IMG/VR virus record: IMGVR_UViG_3300042526_000402
Coordinates: 1 to 64,000 of that record
DNA length: 64,000 bases
Direction: 5' to 3' (one strand)
DNA from: a virus
A model generated the notes under the pieces. That model was not told where the DNA came from. It saw only the letters and a list, made by a program, of their open reading frames with translations, and searched no databases. The position numbers and the translations under genes were made by a program. Shown one piece after another: positions 19,319-29,141 of this stretch (position 1 is its first letter; each line of letters begins with the position of its first letter).

Positions 19319-20803
19319 TTATCTAGAAACACCAACTACTGTTTCAGAAGTAGGAATAAAATTAGAAATAATAGCTATTTCATTAGTGTCATTCACCGCC
19401 CAGAAAAATTCTACACTACCTAAACTCTGAACTATTGTAGTAACTTTAGGTGCATTTGTACCTATATTGTGTAATACAGTAAGTTTATAACCAAAACCAG
19501 GAATAAGTTCCCAATCTGCTGTACTAAAGGTTGCCTCATAAAATTGTGCATCAGTATAATCATTAGCATTAGATTCAGCTGTTGCAGCAGTAGTATCAAC
19601 ATACTCTTTGTTAGCTGCATCTCCGTCATTGGTTGGAGCTGGTAAGTTGGTAATAGAATGTGAATCTGCATTTAAAGTTTTAAGTACTTTAATTTCTGAA
19701 AAACCTGCTTTTGCATCTAAGTTTTCCGTATAAATAGTATCAACATTATGAAGTTTATTGCCATTCAAATCAATAGCACCAGACATAGTACCACCAGCTA
19801 AATCTAATTTAGCAGCAAGTCCAGTATCAGTGTAAGCATTAGCATCAGTTAATGCTTGAGCAGCAGATCCAGCAGCATCATAGTTAGGAGCTAATGAATC
19901 AGCGTAAGCTTCAGCAGCAGCTTGTGCAGCATCTGCTTTTGTAGTAGCGTCAGCAGAAGCAGTAGCTTCAGCGTTAGCTTGTGCAGTTGAAGCAGCATCA
20001 TCAACATAAGTCTTATTAGTAGCATCACCATCATTTGTTGGTGCTGGTAAGTTGATAATTTTTTGCGTGTTTAGTGCATTAATATCACTAGATAATTTTA
20101 CATCAGGACCATAATATTGACCTATATGGTCTGTGTTTAAGTAAGGAGAATTTAATGAACCTCCATCTTCCGTAAATAAATTTGTTATATTTGTAATATT
20201 ATTATTACCCATATCAATACTACCACTCATAGTACCACCTGACTTGCTTAACTTATCGTTAATAAGAGGAACAACATGGTCATCAATTTTACCTTGTAAT
20301 GTAGCTGGAGTAATAACAACTGCACCACCTTCTGTACCTTCATTAGCTTCTGCTTGTGTAGCTAAACGAGAAATACCATCAACTGAATCAGTAGCAACAA
20401 CTATGTTACCTTGTAAAATCAACCAATCAGAAAGAGTAGTACCAGCATTATCAACTTTAGCAACAATTGAATCACCAACTTGTACAGACTCTCCTAAGAA
20501 AGTACCTGCAGCAGTTACTGCCCAAAAGAAACCTTTTAATGCTGATCCATCAGTAATATCAGGAGTGTTTGTTGTTGGATCATATCCACCTTGGAAGATC
20601 AAACCACCTGTTACTGCTGAAATATCAGATAAGTTAGCAACTTCTTTAGTAGCTGTACCATCAAAATATTGTAATCTATGTGCTGCTGAATCATATCCAA
20701 AAGCACCTTCTGTAGAACCAATACCCGTGTTAGTTCCAATTTTTGCGTTAGTTAACGCACTACCTTGTAGATTAATGTCTACAAAAAACTTTTTTTCTGC
20801 CAT
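19319..20803 (-). CDS. Tail fibre/appendage protein
   Basis: Twice GGTMSG.ID...NLPAPTNDGDA.NK.YVD; RLATQAE...ITPATL fibre repeat. Confidence 0.7.
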   Translation of the reverse strand: MAEKKFFVDINLQGSALTNAKIGTNTGIGSTEGAFGYDSAAHRLQYFDGTATKEVANLSDISAVTGGLIFQGGYDPTTNTPDITDGSALKGFFWAVTAAGTFLGESVQVGDSIVAKVDNAGTTLSDWLILQGNIVVATDSVDGISRLATQAEANEGTEGGAVVITPATLQGKIDDHVVPLINDKLSKSGGTMSGSIDMGNNNITNITNLFTEDGGSLNSPYLNTDHIGQYYGPDVKLSSDINALNTQKIINLPAPTNDGDATNKTYVDDAASTAQANAEATASADATTKADAAQAAAEAYADSLAPNYDAAGSAAQALTDANAYTDTGLAAKLDLAGGTMSGAIDLNGNKLHNVDTIYTENLDAKAGFSEIKVLKTLNADSHSITNLPAPTNDGDAANKEYVDTTAATAESNANDYTDAQFYEATFSTADWELIPGFGYKLTVLHNIGTNAPKVTTIVQSLGSVEFFWAVNDTNEIAIISNFIPTSETVVGVSR

Positions 20804-20857
20804 TTTGTTTTGTTTTTAGTTTAATTAGGTTATAATATAATATACAATTTAATTTTA

Positions 20858-21130
20858 TTAATTACAATAAACATACCCAGAAACTGGAATATTTAATGTT
20901 ATGTTTACAGTATTATTATCTATCCAGTCAATCTGAGCAATGATTTCATTCTTATCTTCATCAACTACTTGTACAGAACATTTAGTATTTAGATTATGAT
21001 TAACAATCCATAGAGTTTCTGGAACAGATTGAGTATGTACATAACTTATATCTGGAAGTGAATTTACAAGATCAAATTCACCAGATACAGGATTGTATTT
21101 ATTTTTCATACCGTTATTTCTATTTTGCAT
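20858..21130 (-). CDS. Small beta-rich tail-associated protein
   Basis: YVHTQS....W.VNHNL...SVQVVD domain, similar to the C-terminus of the 19319 gene product. Confidence 0.55.
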   Translation of the reverse strand: MQNRNNGMKNKYNPVSGEFDLVNSLPDISYVHTQSVPETLWIVNHNLNTKCSVQVVDEDKNEIIAQIDWIDNNTVNITLNIPVSGYVYCN

Positions 21131-21132
21131 AA

Positions 21133-21498
21133 CTATGAATATTGAATTTGTGTTACATTTCCATTTACATCATAGGTGAAAGTTTCAATAATAGTTTCTA
21201 CACCATATTCGGTAGTTCCTGTATGGGTAACACTTGTAATATCATTATCACCATTGTAAGCTAAAACTCTATTATAATTTGATGCTCCTTGAATCCTACC
21301 TATTTTAGATATTGAATTCTTTTTAATTATTTCTACAAATGCCTCAACTATTAAGAGAGTTGTTTCTGTAGCAGCCCCACCTGGAGGTGCAATACTGGAA
21401 ATACCATCTACTATTTGTTGAAGGCCTAGTAAGGTTTTCATTTGATACGGATAATTATTTCCTTGATTTCCGGTATCTTTTAAGTTTCCTATTGACAT
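21133..21498 (-). CDS. Virion-associated protein with MSIGNLKD N-terminal module
   Basis: N-terminus shared with the 24040 gene; C-terminal YD-like hairpins. Confidence 0.55.
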   Translation of the reverse strand: MSIGNLKDTGNQGNNYPYQMKTLLGLQQIVDGISSIAPPGGAATETTLLIVEAFVEIIKKNSISKIGRIQGASNYNRVLAYNGDNDITSVTHTGTTEYGVETIIETFTYDVNGNVTQIQYS

Positions 21499-21557
21499 TA
21501 TTTCTATTTTTTAATTAAACTGATTTCTGATTTCTATAAGAACATTATTTAATTGCT

Positions 21558-24038
21558 TTATGAATATAATGTACAAGCAAATCTAATTGCCGTAGCAGTA
21601 CCTGTTGGTGATGCGGGCATAGTTGTTATGTTTGCTGTATTACTTATTCCAAATATAGCATCAGAAATTCCTACATCATATATTGTTCGCCAGCTAGTTC
21701 CATCTGCATAGTAACCTACAACAAGATTTTCACCAACTACTAAGTTTAATGTCTGTCCTACTTCTGCTGTAAGAGATATTTCATTTGGACCAAGGCTGCA
21801 GGTTAAAGATCCTTGACCTATTAATGTCATTGACCCACCCAAAGTTCCTCTATAAATTCCAAATCTAACTAAGTCTGTTCCGGAAAAACCCCACATTTTT
21901 ACTTTAGATATAGTTCCTGTAACAGTACTTATTGTTTGATAATAATACTGAGTAGATGCTGCAGTTGGCGCAGTGTCAGCAGAAGATACATCTTGAGGTG
22001 AAAAGGCAACAGGTATTGCCGCCCAGTTAGCATACCCAGTGCTTCCATCTACACATTTTAAATACTTACCTGTTCCTTCTGTTCCATCAATTATTTGAAT
22101 TCCATAATTTGCTGTTGCTCCAGTTGCAGTAAACTTACCACCTATATTTAAACCAGGTGTACCAAAGCCATCAGCAGTTGCTTGACCTTCAACACCAACA
22201 TTATTATAACCACCCGAAGAAGAAATACCAAAAACACCTCTTCCACCATTAGTAATTCCATAAACACCGTATGTAATTCTTGTTGCTGAACCAGCTACTA
22301 AATTAGAATCTCCGTATAAACCATGATAAGTACCATTTGCTAATGTAAAGTTTATATCACCATAAACACCAACACTCAATCCGGAAACACTTAATCCACG
22401 GCTTTTATTACTTTGTATTAGAAATTGTATTGTTGCACTAGGAGTTGTACCAATAGATAGTGTAGTCCCATCATCTTGAATTAAAGAATTACCAAGTGCT
22501 GTTCCTGTAGGTGTCCATTTAGTTAAATAATTATTTGTTCCTGAACCAGTAATTGATCCAGATACATCTGCTGTTGTAATATTTGCCCAGTTAGCTTGTC
22601 CTGTTGCTGTTACTGATTTGAGAAATTTACCAGAAGCTTCTGAACCATCTACTAACTGTACAGAATAGTTTGCTGCTCCACCATATGCTTCAAATTTACC
22701 ACCTGTGTTTGTAGCCAATGCAGGAAGTTCAGTTTGAAAAGCTTTACCATACACACCTGTATTACCACCAAAACTATCATTACTAGATTCACCATAAACA
22801 CCTGTACCTCTTGCTGCATAAGCTGCAATAGCAGTACTAAAATCACTAAATGTACTTGCAACAACAGCATTAGAAGAAGATGTAACATTTATACCATAAA
22901 GATTGCTAAGACCTGATTGTATTGAAAGGATTGTATCTGCAACATATGTACCACCTATATTAGCTCTAGTTCCATTATCTTCAAACAAACTATCACCAAG
23001 TGTTGATCCACCAGTCCATTTTGAAAGTTTATTGATTGTACCTGAACCATCTACTTTATTATTAAAAGTTGTCCAATTAGCTGAACTTAAAGCACCTCTA
23101 TTAGTAGCTGATGCTGTTGGTAAGTTAAACGTGTGTGTAGTTCCACTTGATACTATTGCAAAATCTGTACCTGTAGTACCTACTCCTAAATTTTGAACTT
23201 GAGCTGTTAAGCCGTTTAATGCAGTTAAACCAGTTGAAAATGTAGTTATTATCTGACAAAGATGGCTATCCTCTGTATGCAATTTTATAGTCCTACCACT
23301 ATGTGTTACATAGATACGGACAGCTAATCTATCAGTAGCTAATAATGTTGTTTGCGGCACAGCTAATGCACTGATGTATAAATCTATTACTGTTCCACCT
23401 GTTATTCCTTCAGGATTTGCTGAATTACTTGCAATTAAAGATAAGGTAGCCCCATCCCATTTATATAATTCAACATAAAATGAAGGTGTACCACCGCTAC
23501 TTGAAGCACTAAAATAAGTTTCAAAATTCCAATTTCCTCCCGGTATTTCTAATAAACCTGGTACACCAATATCTGTAATAAATGATTGAATATAACCATT
23601 GGCATTTATTGTAAAATCTGTTCCAGCACCTAACACTGGTGTTCTATCTACTTGTTTAAATGCAACACCACCAAGTGTACCTTGTGAAACTGAACCGTTT
23701 AAATATAATGATAATGATGCCCCACCACCTGTTGATCCTGGAAAATTAGCAAGTGTACCATCTCCTCTAATATATTGACCAACAGTTCCAGCTCCTGTTA
23801 CACCTATTATACCAGATGAAATAATTGGTGAATTAGTTACTGTAAATGCAGACGGCATTGATAAACCAACACTAGATACACCCATAGGTGCTCCATTAAT
23901 AGTGACTGTTACATCATTACCTATAGTTGATGCAGTAACACCAGCACCAACAAAATCAATACTAGAGACATCTGTAGTGAGTATTGTTGATTCTTCTGAA
24001 ATAGCAATTTTTTTCTTTATATTTATTTCTGTACTCAT
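21558..24038 (-). CDS. Large Gly/Thr/Ser-rich tail fibre or spike protein
   Basis: 826 aa; QYIRGDGTLA, GALSSANWTTFNNK, repeated GT.N.L.KW and GVYG modules. Confidence 0.7.
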   Translation of the reverse strand: MSTEINIKKKIAISEESTILTTDVSSIDFVGAGVTASTIGNDVTVTINGAPMGVSSVGLSMPSAFTVTNSPIISSGIIGVTGAGTVGQYIRGDGTLANFPGSTGGGASLSLYLNGSVSQGTLGGVAFKQVDRTPVLGAGTDFTINANGYIQSFITDIGVPGLLEIPGGNWNFETYFSASSSGGTPSFYVELYKWDGATLSLIASNSANPEGITGGTVIDLYISALAVPQTTLLATDRLAVRIYVTHSGRTIKLHTEDSHLCQIITTFSTGLTALNGLTAQVQNLGVGTTGTDFAIVSSGTTHTFNLPTASATNRGALSSANWTTFNNKVDGSGTINKLSKWTGGSTLGDSLFEDNGTRANIGGTYVADTILSIQSGLSNLYGINVTSSSNAVVASTFSDFSTAIAAYAARGTGVYGESSNDSFGGNTGVYGKAFQTELPALATNTGGKFEAYGGAANYSVQLVDGSEASGKFLKSVTATGQANWANITTADVSGSITGSGTNNYLTKWTPTGTALGNSLIQDDGTTLSIGTTPSATIQFLIQSNKSRGLSVSGLSVGVYGDINFTLANGTYHGLYGDSNLVAGSATRITYGVYGITNGGRGVFGISSSGGYNNVGVEGQATADGFGTPGLNIGGKFTATGATANYGIQIIDGTEGTGKYLKCVDGSTGYANWAAIPVAFSPQDVSSADTAPTAASTQYYYQTISTVTGTISKVKMWGFSGTDLVRFGIYRGTLGGSMTLIGQGSLTCSLGPNEISLTAEVGQTLNLVVGENLVVGYYADGTSWRTIYDVGISDAIFGISNTANITTMPASPTGTATAIRFACTLYS

Positions 24039-24039
24039 A

Positions 24040-24471
24040 CTATGAATTATAAATTATTATCAACTCTGTTCCTGTACCATTATAAGTAAAGGTACCAGTT
24101 GTATAATAATTATTTATTGCATCTGCACTAAAACTAAAACTTTCTCCTGGCTTAATTGTACTACCTAAGAATGTACCATTTGCTGCTCCTACATTAGAAA
24201 CTGAAAGGCTGTAAGTTTTTACAGCAACAGTACCTGATCCAGTAACTCTAAGAAAACCTGGAGTTCTTGCTACACCAGCTTGATCAGAAGCAAGAACAAC
24301 AGCCAAACTATTAGACATAGTATCTTGACCAAGAGGATTAACAATAGTTACATTTCCACTTCCACCACCAGCAACAGTATCAATAATACCCTGTAAACCT
24401 TGTAATACTTTATATTGGTATGGAAAGTTATTACCTAAATTCCCAGTATCTTTTAAATTTCCAATTGACAT
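24040..24471 (-). CDS. Virion-associated protein with MSIGNLKD N-terminal module
   Basis: Likely start at 24471; paralogous N-terminus to the 21133 gene. Confidence 0.55.
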   Translation of the reverse strand: MSIGNLKDTGNLGNNFPYQYKVLQGLQGIIDTVAGGGSGNVTIVNPLGQDTMSNSLAVVLASDQAGVARTPGFLRVTGSGTVAVKTYSLSVSNVGAANGTFLGSTIKPGESFSFSADAINNYYTTGTFTYNGTGTELIIIYNS

Positions 24472-24570
24472 GATATAAAAATTTAGACTATGTATTAATA
24501 TACTTAAAAAAATTAACAAAAACAAAAAACCCCAGAAGTTAATCCAGGGTTTGTATAAGTCAAGTTAAAT

Positions 24571-24732
24571 TTATTCAGCTACTTCTAATTTTAATTCCTC
24601 AACAGGAACTAAATTGTGAACTACATTTAATGCTACTAATATTTGATTAGTATCTGCTAATGTATAAACTCCTTTTAATGTAGCTGCGTTTAATGCTTGC
24701 TCAATTGTTTTAACTGCTTCAGTTGGTGTCAT
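24571..24732 (-). CDS. Small protein, 53 aa (MTPTEAVKTIEQALNAATLKGVYTLADTNQILVALNVVHNLVPVEELKLEVAE)
   Basis: Translated by hand; own AT-rich leader and downstream hairpin. Confidence 0.6.
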   Translation of the reverse strand: MTPTEAVKTIEQALNAATLKGVYTLADTNQILVALNVVHNLVPVEELKLEVAE

Positions 24733-24784
24733 AGTAAATTTATTTAGTTTATGGTTTAGATTGTAAATATATAAAATTTATTAT

Positions 24785-25021
24785 TTATATTAAACCTTCC
24801 AACTCAGTTTTTTGTGCCGGAGTTAATGCAGTTGCAAACCATTCTTTACCTAACATAATAGCAATGTGATCCACATTACGTGTTACAGTTGCTGTTTCTT
24901 CTTCAGATAGTTCTGCTTTTGCTTTTAACTCAGTAATTAATGCTACACTATCATAAGCTGCTAATACAGACTTTGCCGCTTGTTCAGCTGTTACTTCTTC
25001 TTTAAATTGTTCTACTGACAT
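24785..25021 (-). CDS. Small helical protein
   Basis: 78 aa; DSV.LI...RN.DH..IML.K.W. Confidence 0.6.
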   Translation of the reverse strand: MSVEQFKEEVTAEQAAKSVLAAYDSVALITELKAKAELSEEETATVTRNVDHIAIMLGKEWFATALTPAQKTELEGLI

Positions 25022-25040
25022 TTTATTTTTATTTAAATTA

Positions 25041-25946
25041 TTAAAGTCTTACACCTTCTATTGCAAATGTTGTTTGATTGTAATATAAATATGTATTTCC
25101 TGCTATAGCTCCGTTAGGTACAGTAATTGCTGTTGTTGCTGCGGATCTATTTGCATAAGAAGGTAATGTAACATTAGCAAATACAGTTTGTCCATCCAAT
25201 GTTCCATTTTTATGAGCTGCTTTACCAAATGCATTTACATTATTTGCGGATGCTCCCATTCCTGCTTCTTCACCAAAGAAATTTGAATTACTTGAATTAG
25301 TGGCTTGGTATCCAGCATTGGTACCAAAGAAGTTTGAATGTTGTGTAAACCATGCGCGTGTACCTGCATTTTTACCTAAAAAATTTGAATGAGAAATCTC
25401 ATCACCTTGTTTTCCTGCTTCAAAACCAAGAAAATTGGAATAAGCTCCACCTGTTGAACTATGACCAGCCAAGTTACCTATCATTACTGCGTGTGCTGCA
25501 TTAGGTGCCCCACTACCAGCAGATTGACCTGCAAAAAAAGAGTGTATTGCATTTCTTGCATTTGTTCCTGCATTATAACCTAAAAAGGTAGAATAATTTG
25601 GAGAACTATTTGGTTGAGATTGCGCTCCAGCTCCATTTCCAATACAAATTAAACCTTCAGTGTTTGTATTTGCTCCAGCATTAGCACCAAATAAAGTATT
25701 ATGCTGAGAAGTATTAAATGGCCCTGCAGCAGGAGTAACAGAGTATAAACTTGTACCCACACTGTTTATTACAGTTGGTGGTGTTGGAACTAATGTTAAA
25801 AAATCAGTTACTGATATAGCACCAGCTAAGTATCCATCATCTCTCTTAGGATCTTTAAGACCCACAGGTACTAATGTATTTGCACTATCAACAGTAGAAA
25901 CTGTTCTACCATTTCTAGTCCATGATATGAAATTAAGTATGTCCAT
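25041..25946 (-). CDS. Repeat-rich appendage protein (S.F.G..AG beta-roll repeats)
   Basis: About ten SNFLG..AG-type repeats; MDILNFISW N-terminus. Confidence 0.65.
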   Translation of the reverse strand: MDILNFISWTRNGRTVSTVDSANTLVPVGLKDPKRDDGYLAGAISVTDFLTLVPTPPTVINSVGTSLYSVTPAAGPFNTSQHNTLFGANAGANTNTEGLICIGNGAGAQSQPNSSPNYSTFLGYNAGTNARNAIHSFFAGQSAGSGAPNAAHAVMIGNLAGHSSTGGAYSNFLGFEAGKQGDEISHSNFLGKNAGTRAWFTQHSNFFGTNAGYQATNSSNSNFFGEEAGMGASANNVNAFGKAAHKNGTLDGQTVFANVTLPSYANRSAATTAITVPNGAIAGNTYLYYNQTTFAIEGVRL

Positions 25947-25967
25947 GATTTATATATATATTTTTTA

Positions 25968-26909
25968 TTAAGCTAATAAAATTTTTCTTGCTACACCATT
26001 AATTCTAACATTCCATACTCTAGATGAAGTATTTACTTCAGTTGCTACAGAACCTGCATTATAAGTTGTACTACCTATTACAAATTGATTATTTGCAGTA
26101 GCTGTTGCCTCTGCTCCTAAAATAACACTTCCTGAAAAATTTTGAGAATCTGCATAATAACCTACTGCTACATTATAAGCACCTGTTTGACAAAAAGACA
26201 TTGCAAATTTACCAATACCAATATTATTATTACCAGTAGTTAATCTGTAAAATGAATCATTTCCTATAGCAATATTGTTACTTGCTGCTGAAAAACCAGG
26301 TTGTAAGGCACTATAACCAATTGCTATATTTCCAGTTCCTTCATTAAACTGAGCTGCTGAATAACCTATTGCTGTATTACCATTACCTGTACAACGTTCT
26401 AAAGCATTATAACCAATAGCCGTATTAAGAGAACTAACTGTACTATTAGTCATTGCACTATAACCAACAGCTATATTACCACTACCAGTAGTATTTCTAT
26501 CTAATGCTGTACTACCAATAGCTACATTATTAGTACCGGTTGTATTAGATCTTAATGCATTAACACCAAATCCAATATTATCAAAGCCTGTAACATTAGA
26601 ATTTAAAGCATTATATCCAATTGCAATATTGTCATTACCTGTAGTATTGTTTTCAAGAGAATTGCAACCAATTCCTACATTACTTTCTCCAGTTGTAACA
26701 CTAGATAAAGCATCTTCACCAAATGCAATATTACAATTTGTATATGTTGGGGTTATTTGAGATTTTAAATCTCCAAAAGTTACACCTAGTATATTACCTT
26801 GTAAGCTGCTACCTATTGATAAAGGTAACACAGCATTATCTGGTATTGTCGCTATAATATTTTGAGTAGTTATAGGATACCCAAAATTTAATTGTCCTAA
26901 GAAGCTCAT
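25968..26909 (-). CDS. Repeat-rich appendage protein (YadA-head-like NxAIGxxAL repeats)
   Basis: Many 14-aa NIAIGYNAL/TTG repeats. Confidence 0.7.
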   Translation of the reverse strand: MSFLGQLNFGYPITTQNIIATIPDNAVLPLSIGSSLQGNILGVTFGDLKSQITPTYTNCNIAFGEDALSSVTTGESNVGIGCNSLENNTTGNDNIAIGYNALNSNVTGFDNIGFGVNALRSNTTGTNNVAIGSTALDRNTTGSGNIAVGYSAMTNSTVSSLNTAIGYNALERCTGNGNTAIGYSAAQFNEGTGNIAIGYSALQPGFSAASNNIAIGNDSFYRLTTGNNNIGIGKFAMSFCQTGAYNVAVGYYADSQNFSGSVILGAEATATANNQFVIGSTTYNAGSVATEVNTSSRVWNVRINGVARKILLA

Positions 26910-26911
26910 AA

Positions 26912-27118
26912 TTAATAAACTATAAATAATTGGCCTGTTGAAGTTCTGTAAAAATCTCCTTTTTTTAAACCACCTGCTAATGCTGCTGTATTATTAGCAT
27001 AAACATTATTGTTTACTTGATTTAGTAAAAAATTAATATGTCCAAATTTTATTAAAGACATTTGACTTTCTGAAGTTAAAAACTCATCTGGAGATTGAGG
27101 TATAAATTGTTGTGGCAT
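26912..27118 (-). CDS. Small virion-associated protein
   Basis: YANNTAALAGGL..GD.YRT motif, related to YANRSAA...G...G..Y at the end of the 25041 gene product. Confidence 0.55.
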   Translation of the reverse strand: MPQQFIPQSPDEFLTSESQMSLIKFGHINFLLNQVNNNVYANNTAALAGGLKKGDFYRTSTGQLFIVY

Positions 27119-27221
27119 AATTTCTAAATTTTAAAGGTTACATAATAATATACAAAAAATTTTGCACAAAAAAAAGCCTTTGGAATAATTACCAAAGGCT
27201 CAATATAAACAAATAATATTA

Positions 27222-27413
27222 TTACATAAATAATCCTAACAGAAATGCAATAGCTAACATCAACACTAATATACCATTTGCATTTTTAATAGATTCTTCA
27301 TCTTCTTGCCAAACATTATACATTCGGTTAAACTTAGGTTTCCTTATCTTATCTTGTACTTGAAACATTACAAATAATAAAAGTAATGTTAATGTGTAGA
27401 TTGCATATTTCAT
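27222..27413 (-). CDS. Small two-TM membrane protein
   Basis: Two hydrophobic segments. Confidence 0.55.
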   Translation of the reverse strand: MKYAIYTLTLLLLFVMFQVQDKIRKPKFNRMYNVWQEDEESIKNANGILVLMLAIAFLLGLFM

Positions 27414-27751
27414 AAACTATCAATTCTTCTTCGCAAATATACTAAAGCTTTTTCTAAATCTTCTTTTGTTTTTGCAGGATCTTTTTTACCAGCACGAGCA
27501 ATATACTTAATAACATTACCAAGATAAAAGTCTTTGTCCAGATTCCAAGCTTCCAATACATTAAATACCTCATACGCATTCCCAGCTCCACCATAATGTA
27601 TAGGTCTCACAGCATGTAACTTATCACATAGTAAGTTTTTTCCTGTTTGATTTGGTTCATATACGGCACCTACTGTAGGAGTGTTTGCTTCTTTCATTCT
27701 TTCCTTTAGTATTTGGTTTCTTGTATTAATCTTATATTCTTCGTAGTCCAT
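27410..27751 (-). CDS. DUF3310 (SaV-like) domain protein
   Basis: V.P.HY...FYLGNVIKYI.RAGKK....EDLEKA..YL.R.I. Confidence 0.85.
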   Translation of the reverse strand: MDYEEYKINTRNQILKERMKEANTPTVGAVYEPNQTGKNLLCDKLHAVRPIHYGGAGNAYEVFNVLEAWNLDKDFYLGNVIKYIARAGKKDPAKTKEDLEKALVYLRRRIDSL

Positions 27752-27753
27752 AC

Positions 27754-28032
27754 TTAGTATTTAAAAGCAATGTCAAACTCTTTTACTAACAACTTCATCT
27801 CTTCACCTACTATGATTTTCTCAGCAGATTCTAATCCAAAAGCTTGTACATACACTTTGTCACCCACTTGAACTTTTTCTACTTCATCACCCACGGCAAA
27901 TACTTCAAGTTCTGTCCATTTTTTAACAGCATCTTTTTCGCGTTCTGCTTCTTGTGCTGGGCTTAATTCAATGATTGCTTTTTCAATAACCGGTACATTG
28001 ATTAAGATTCTTTTTCCAAATAATTGTTTCAT
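27754..28032 (-). CDS. GroES-like co-chaperonin
   Basis: LFGKRILI, EVFAVGDEV..VQVGDKVYV, LLVKE.DI. Confidence 0.75.
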   Translation of the reverse strand: MKQLFGKRILINVPVIEKAIIELSPAQEAEREKDAVKKWTELEVFAVGDEVEKVQVGDKVYVQAFGLESAEKIIVGEEMKLLVKEFDIAFKY

Positions 28033-28039
28033 GGTTTTT

Positions 28040-28318
28040 TTATTTAAACGTGATTACTTTTACTACTGCCATTTGTGCACTTACTAATTCTCCTACAGCA
28101 TGATCAAATAGTAAACTTTTAATTGGGTTACCCGTACTAGATGTATAACTGTCTTTAAGAATGTTTGCAATCTCAGCATATAATTCTTTTACTTTAGCTA
28201 CACCAGCATCATTACTTGGGTTGAATTCTATTCCTACTAATTGCTCACCAAATGAAAGCAGCTTAGCTTCATTAACATTAATAATTCCTTCTGGAATACT
28301 TACTACTGTTTCACTCAT
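28040..28318 (-). CDS. Acb2/Tad1-like helical hairpin protein (candidate cyclic-nucleotide sponge)
   Basis: GE..VG..FNPS....V..VK...A...; A...L..AQM..VK..T pattern recalled from the Acb2/Tad1 hairpin superfamily. Confidence 0.5.
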   Translation of the reverse strand: MSETVVSIPEGIINVNEAKLLSFGEQLVGIEFNPSNDAGVAKVKELYAEIANILKDSYTSSTGNPIKSLLFDHAVGELVSAQMAVVKVITFK

Positions 28319-28384
28319 TACTTTTTAGATTTGATTATTACTAAATGATGAAGCCATCCCTTTAAGACTTCAATTTTTGCTTTG

Positions 28385-28639
28385 TTACTTGTTTTGCTCA
28401 TCTGCTTTACTATATGTTAATTTAAATATGTCCGGTTTACATGGATAGAATTCATCATTGATTCCTTTAATAATAAAGTCACTTATGCTTGCTCTCATGT
28501 TACCTTCAAGCGTAAATATAAATAAAAATTCATTATGTAAAAATTCACAGTGTTCTCCTACAAACTCTTGGATCTCTTCATTGTTAGAACCATTCCATTG
28601 TATAGCCTCAATAACTACAGGTTTTTTTATATACCTCAT
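28385..28639 (-). CDS. KKPV-TLEG-YPCKPDIF family phage protein (Acb4-like sponge candidate)
   Basis: RYIKKPVVIEAIQW...TLEG.M.A...D.IIKG...EFYPCKPDIF..TY. Confidence 0.55.
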   Translation of the reverse strand: MRYIKKPVVIEAIQWNGSNNEEIQEFVGEHCEFLHNEFLFIFTLEGNMRASISDFIIKGINDEFYPCKPDIFKLTYSKADEQNK

Positions 28640-28908
28640 TTCAACTCAACTCTTTTTACATTTACAAAAGACTCTTCATATTCATCTTGAGTATATACAG
28701 ATATTTCTCCAGAGCTTGATTTCAATATATAATTACCTGGCAACACTTTTTTAGGACCCTGTTTAGCAGCAACAAATAAAGTTAAAACCTTGTTGCTTAT
28801 TACAAACTCAGCACTATGTGCAAACTTAAATACTTCTTCTCTGTCACCTTCAGTATATCTTAAAGCATCATAATACTCAGGTTTCTTCATACATCTTTGA
28901 ATCATCAC
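28636..28908 (-). CDS. Diverged paralogue of the adjacent KKPV-family protein
   Basis: KKP...A..Y...G....PG.YILK...GE......EESF aligns by eye with 28385-28639. Confidence 0.5.
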   Translation of the reverse strand: MMIQRCMKKPEYYDALRYTEGDREEVFKFAHSAEFVISNKVLTLFVAAKQGPKKVLPGNYILKSSSGEISVYTQDEYEESFVNVKRVELK

Positions 28909-29120
28909 GCATCAAATTTATTGTTCATAAAATTTATTGGTAGCTTTTCTTCAGGTTCTATGTCATCATACTCACGTATGAGTAATTCAAACTTAACCTT
29001 TTCTAATAAACCTACTAAAACTGGAATAGCTGCACTATCAACATTTCCAACTTTAACTTCAAAATTATTATTACTAGTTATTACTACTTCAATAATTGTT
29101 ACAGGTTCTCGCTTCTTCAT
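28905..29120 (-). CDS. Hypothetical protein
   Basis: 71 aa; LVGLLEKVK motif. Confidence 0.6.
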   Translation of the reverse strand: MKKREPVTIIEVVITSNNNFEVKVGNVDSAAIPVLVGLLEKVKFELLIREYDDIEPEEKLPINFMNNKFDA

Positions 29121-29141
29121 ATACCAACAAATATATAAAAA

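Larger units (their letters stand above)
563..27153 (-). promoter_or_regulatory. Dispersed putative late promoter GTATATTA (plus-strand TAATATAC at 563, 17687, 20838, 24496, 27146)
   Basis: Same 8-mer 25-36 nt upstream of five virion/lysis gene starts, each preceded by a T-rich run. Confidence 0.6.

Noticed and set aside
17959-26909. Diversity-generating retroelement or invertible tail cassette
   Set aside because: Repeats are degenerate protein-level repeats; no adenine-specific TR/VR pair noticed, and no reverse transcriptase or recombinase in the window.
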